In this document: positions 62,099-64,000 of the stretch, one piece after another | How positions within the stretch are numbered: position 1 is the stretch's first letter | Layout of the letters: every line of letters begins with the position of its first letter | Assembly (NCBI GenBank): GCA_013239625.1 | Contig: MU054323.1 | Span: 13,873,950 to 13,937,949 of the forward strand | Source of the DNA: Lama guanicoe | Taxonomy: Eukaryota | Length of the DNA stretch: 64,000 nucleotides | Direction: 5' to 3' | Made by a program: the position numbers and the translations under genes | Notes under the pieces: generated by a model | What the model saw: the letters and a program-made list of their open reading frames with translations, nothing else | Told to the model about the DNA's origin: nothing | The model's database searches: none

Positions 62099-64000
62099 CT
62101 TTAATAGGAGTTAAGGGTATACTCATTAAGGAGCAGATAGACCAATGGCACACATTTTGACTGCTGGCTAAAATGCTGAAATGCTTTTATCTGATTAATA
62201 AATTGCCACTGCCCCAAATTCTTTGTGTGATCCTCCCACTGACAAACTGCCTGCCTGCCCCTTTCCTTGAGTCTCCCCCAAATCTAACACCTAAAGGTAT
62301 GATTGCTTAACACTGAAGGAGGCTTCTAAGTCCCTGCTCCAGGAATTCTCCCTTTTGTTTCTGGTTGGTGTCCCAGACTTGCTGGGTTTTAATATCACTT
62401 CTGAGTTGAAGTAGTTGAAGTTAAAATGTAGAGAAGTCTGGATCCTGAGGGCCTTGTATATCATAGGAAGGTATTTAAACTTTATACTGTAGATATTTGC
62501 AGAGAGGATAAAGGGAGCCTATGATGCTTCTAGATAGTTGTGACAGAGGGCAAATATATAATCAGGAAGAATCCAGAGTGTCCAAGTTTTTTTTTTTCCC
62601 CATGAGATCATTATCTTTCCTAGTAGGATAAACACCCTACCATCTGGTACGCAATCAGCTGGAAATCTTTAAAACCATGAAATTTCTCAGTTCTACATAT
62701 AGTTAAAATTGATACGTAAGACAGGAGACATTGAGGGCAAAAAATCTGACTCGTCACTTTTGTAGGCCTTCTAGCACCCATGGTTGAGTCTTATATGTAA
62801 TTAACGTTCAGTACATATTTGGTGAATGATGTCGATATATAGATAGAATATAAGGGATTTCTGCACATCAAAAACCAAATTGTAGTGAGTAGTATTTTAA
62901 TGTCAAATACTTACTGGGGCAGAGAATTTGGCTTTTTGGAAAATAGCAATGCTTTCATTTTATATGTTTAGTAACTTTCTTAACTGTAGTGTTAGATATT
63001 CTGGATTATAGAATTTCTAATTCTATCAGATTTTATTATAATTTTAGAGAGAGAGACAGACCATAGAGATTTCTGTAGAGTGGTGACTGCATCTCATTAA
63101 TTATGTCCACTTCATCCCCATTATGTGATGTATTAACAGATGGGCTGATAAAATACAAAAGTAGTCTAAGTAATGGTCATAGGAATCAATGGTAGTGTCC
63201 CTTCAAATATACATGGAAATATTTCAGTTAAGGCGAGATATAAAAAGAGATTTGAGTCCACAAATTAAAGGAATATGCCTGTTTGGTGATAGGGAGAGAT
63301 GAATATAAAAGGAATGGTTCTATTTCTAGTTATTATTTCTTTGGATGTCAGAGAACTAGATTTAGATGTAATTTCAGTAAATTTCTGCCTGAGGGTAACC
63401 TCTAGATAATCTATCCTAATGGAAATTTTATGAAATGTAGCAGTATTTTATAAATAGCCTTGTGTCTACTCACTACTTTTCTCTGATTATCTTCAGTTAT
63501 TATTTGAAAGTCTTGGCTCCCTAGAGTTCAAGTGGCAGCAAATCTGACAACAATGAATCAGCTAGAGAGTAATAATTCATACAATTACTCTATTCCTTAG
63601 GGTTGGGTTAGTTAAGGCAATGGTTGCTCAGTATTTCATCAGAGGCCAAACTGATAGATGAAGTCAGCTTGTGAAGAAAGGTAAAAATGCATTTCCTCAA
63701 GAGAAACAAGAGTTCTAGAAGGCTTGTGAAGACTACTTCCAAAATCAAAACACAGAAGCAAGCCTTCCCTTCCAAATCAAGGGAAATCCAAATCAAAGCA
63801 TGAAGCTAGAAGGAAATAGTTTAAGGACCTGTAAAAAGAAGTACTCTGCAAGAGGTAGTTAACCCTAAGGATTTTGGCAGGGCTAGGGGAAGATCCTTGG
63901 ATAATAATAAATCAAGAAATCTTTTAGGAGAGACATTGAGACCTTAGGGAACATCCTGTTGCTCAACATATTTCTAACTTTCCTCCCTGGGTAGAAAGTA

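Noticed and set aside
1..64000. Promoter/CpG island or a novel multi-gene system
   Set aside because: CpG is depleted throughout and no non-TE coding sequence could be supported.

Overview
AT-rich, CpG-poor mammalian genomic DNA with no recognisable host protein-coding exon, rRNA, CRISPR or CpG island. It reads as deep intron or intergenic sequence. Four SINEs with a tRNA-Ala(AGC)-like head match my recollection of the camelid Vic-1 family, so the source is probably alpaca, llama or camel (inference). The window is a layered record of transposable elements: old L2, MIR, MaLR/ERVL LTRs, hAT-type MERs and decayed L1M pieces, plus three insertions of a young LINE-1 subfamily. (1) 51.2-53.3 kb carries an uninterrupted 490-codon ORF2 C-terminal half and a 5' inversion. 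(2) 29.6-31.0 kb is also 5'-inverted, has a perfect 15-bp target-site duplication (TSD) and spans an 860-N assembly gap. (3) 44.6 kb is a 26-bp micro-insertion with a 16-bp TSD. Both larger young copies share an in-frame deletion of about 6 codons in ORF2 that an older copy in the same window lacks. The other ORF-track entries are TE remnants, antisense frames, N-run artefacts or chance ORFs. I found no evidence of a previously undescribed multi-gene system; the best leads concern L1 biology and a few candidate regulatory or splice signals. Family names come from recalled consensus sequences rather than a database search, and old-repeat boundaries are approximate.
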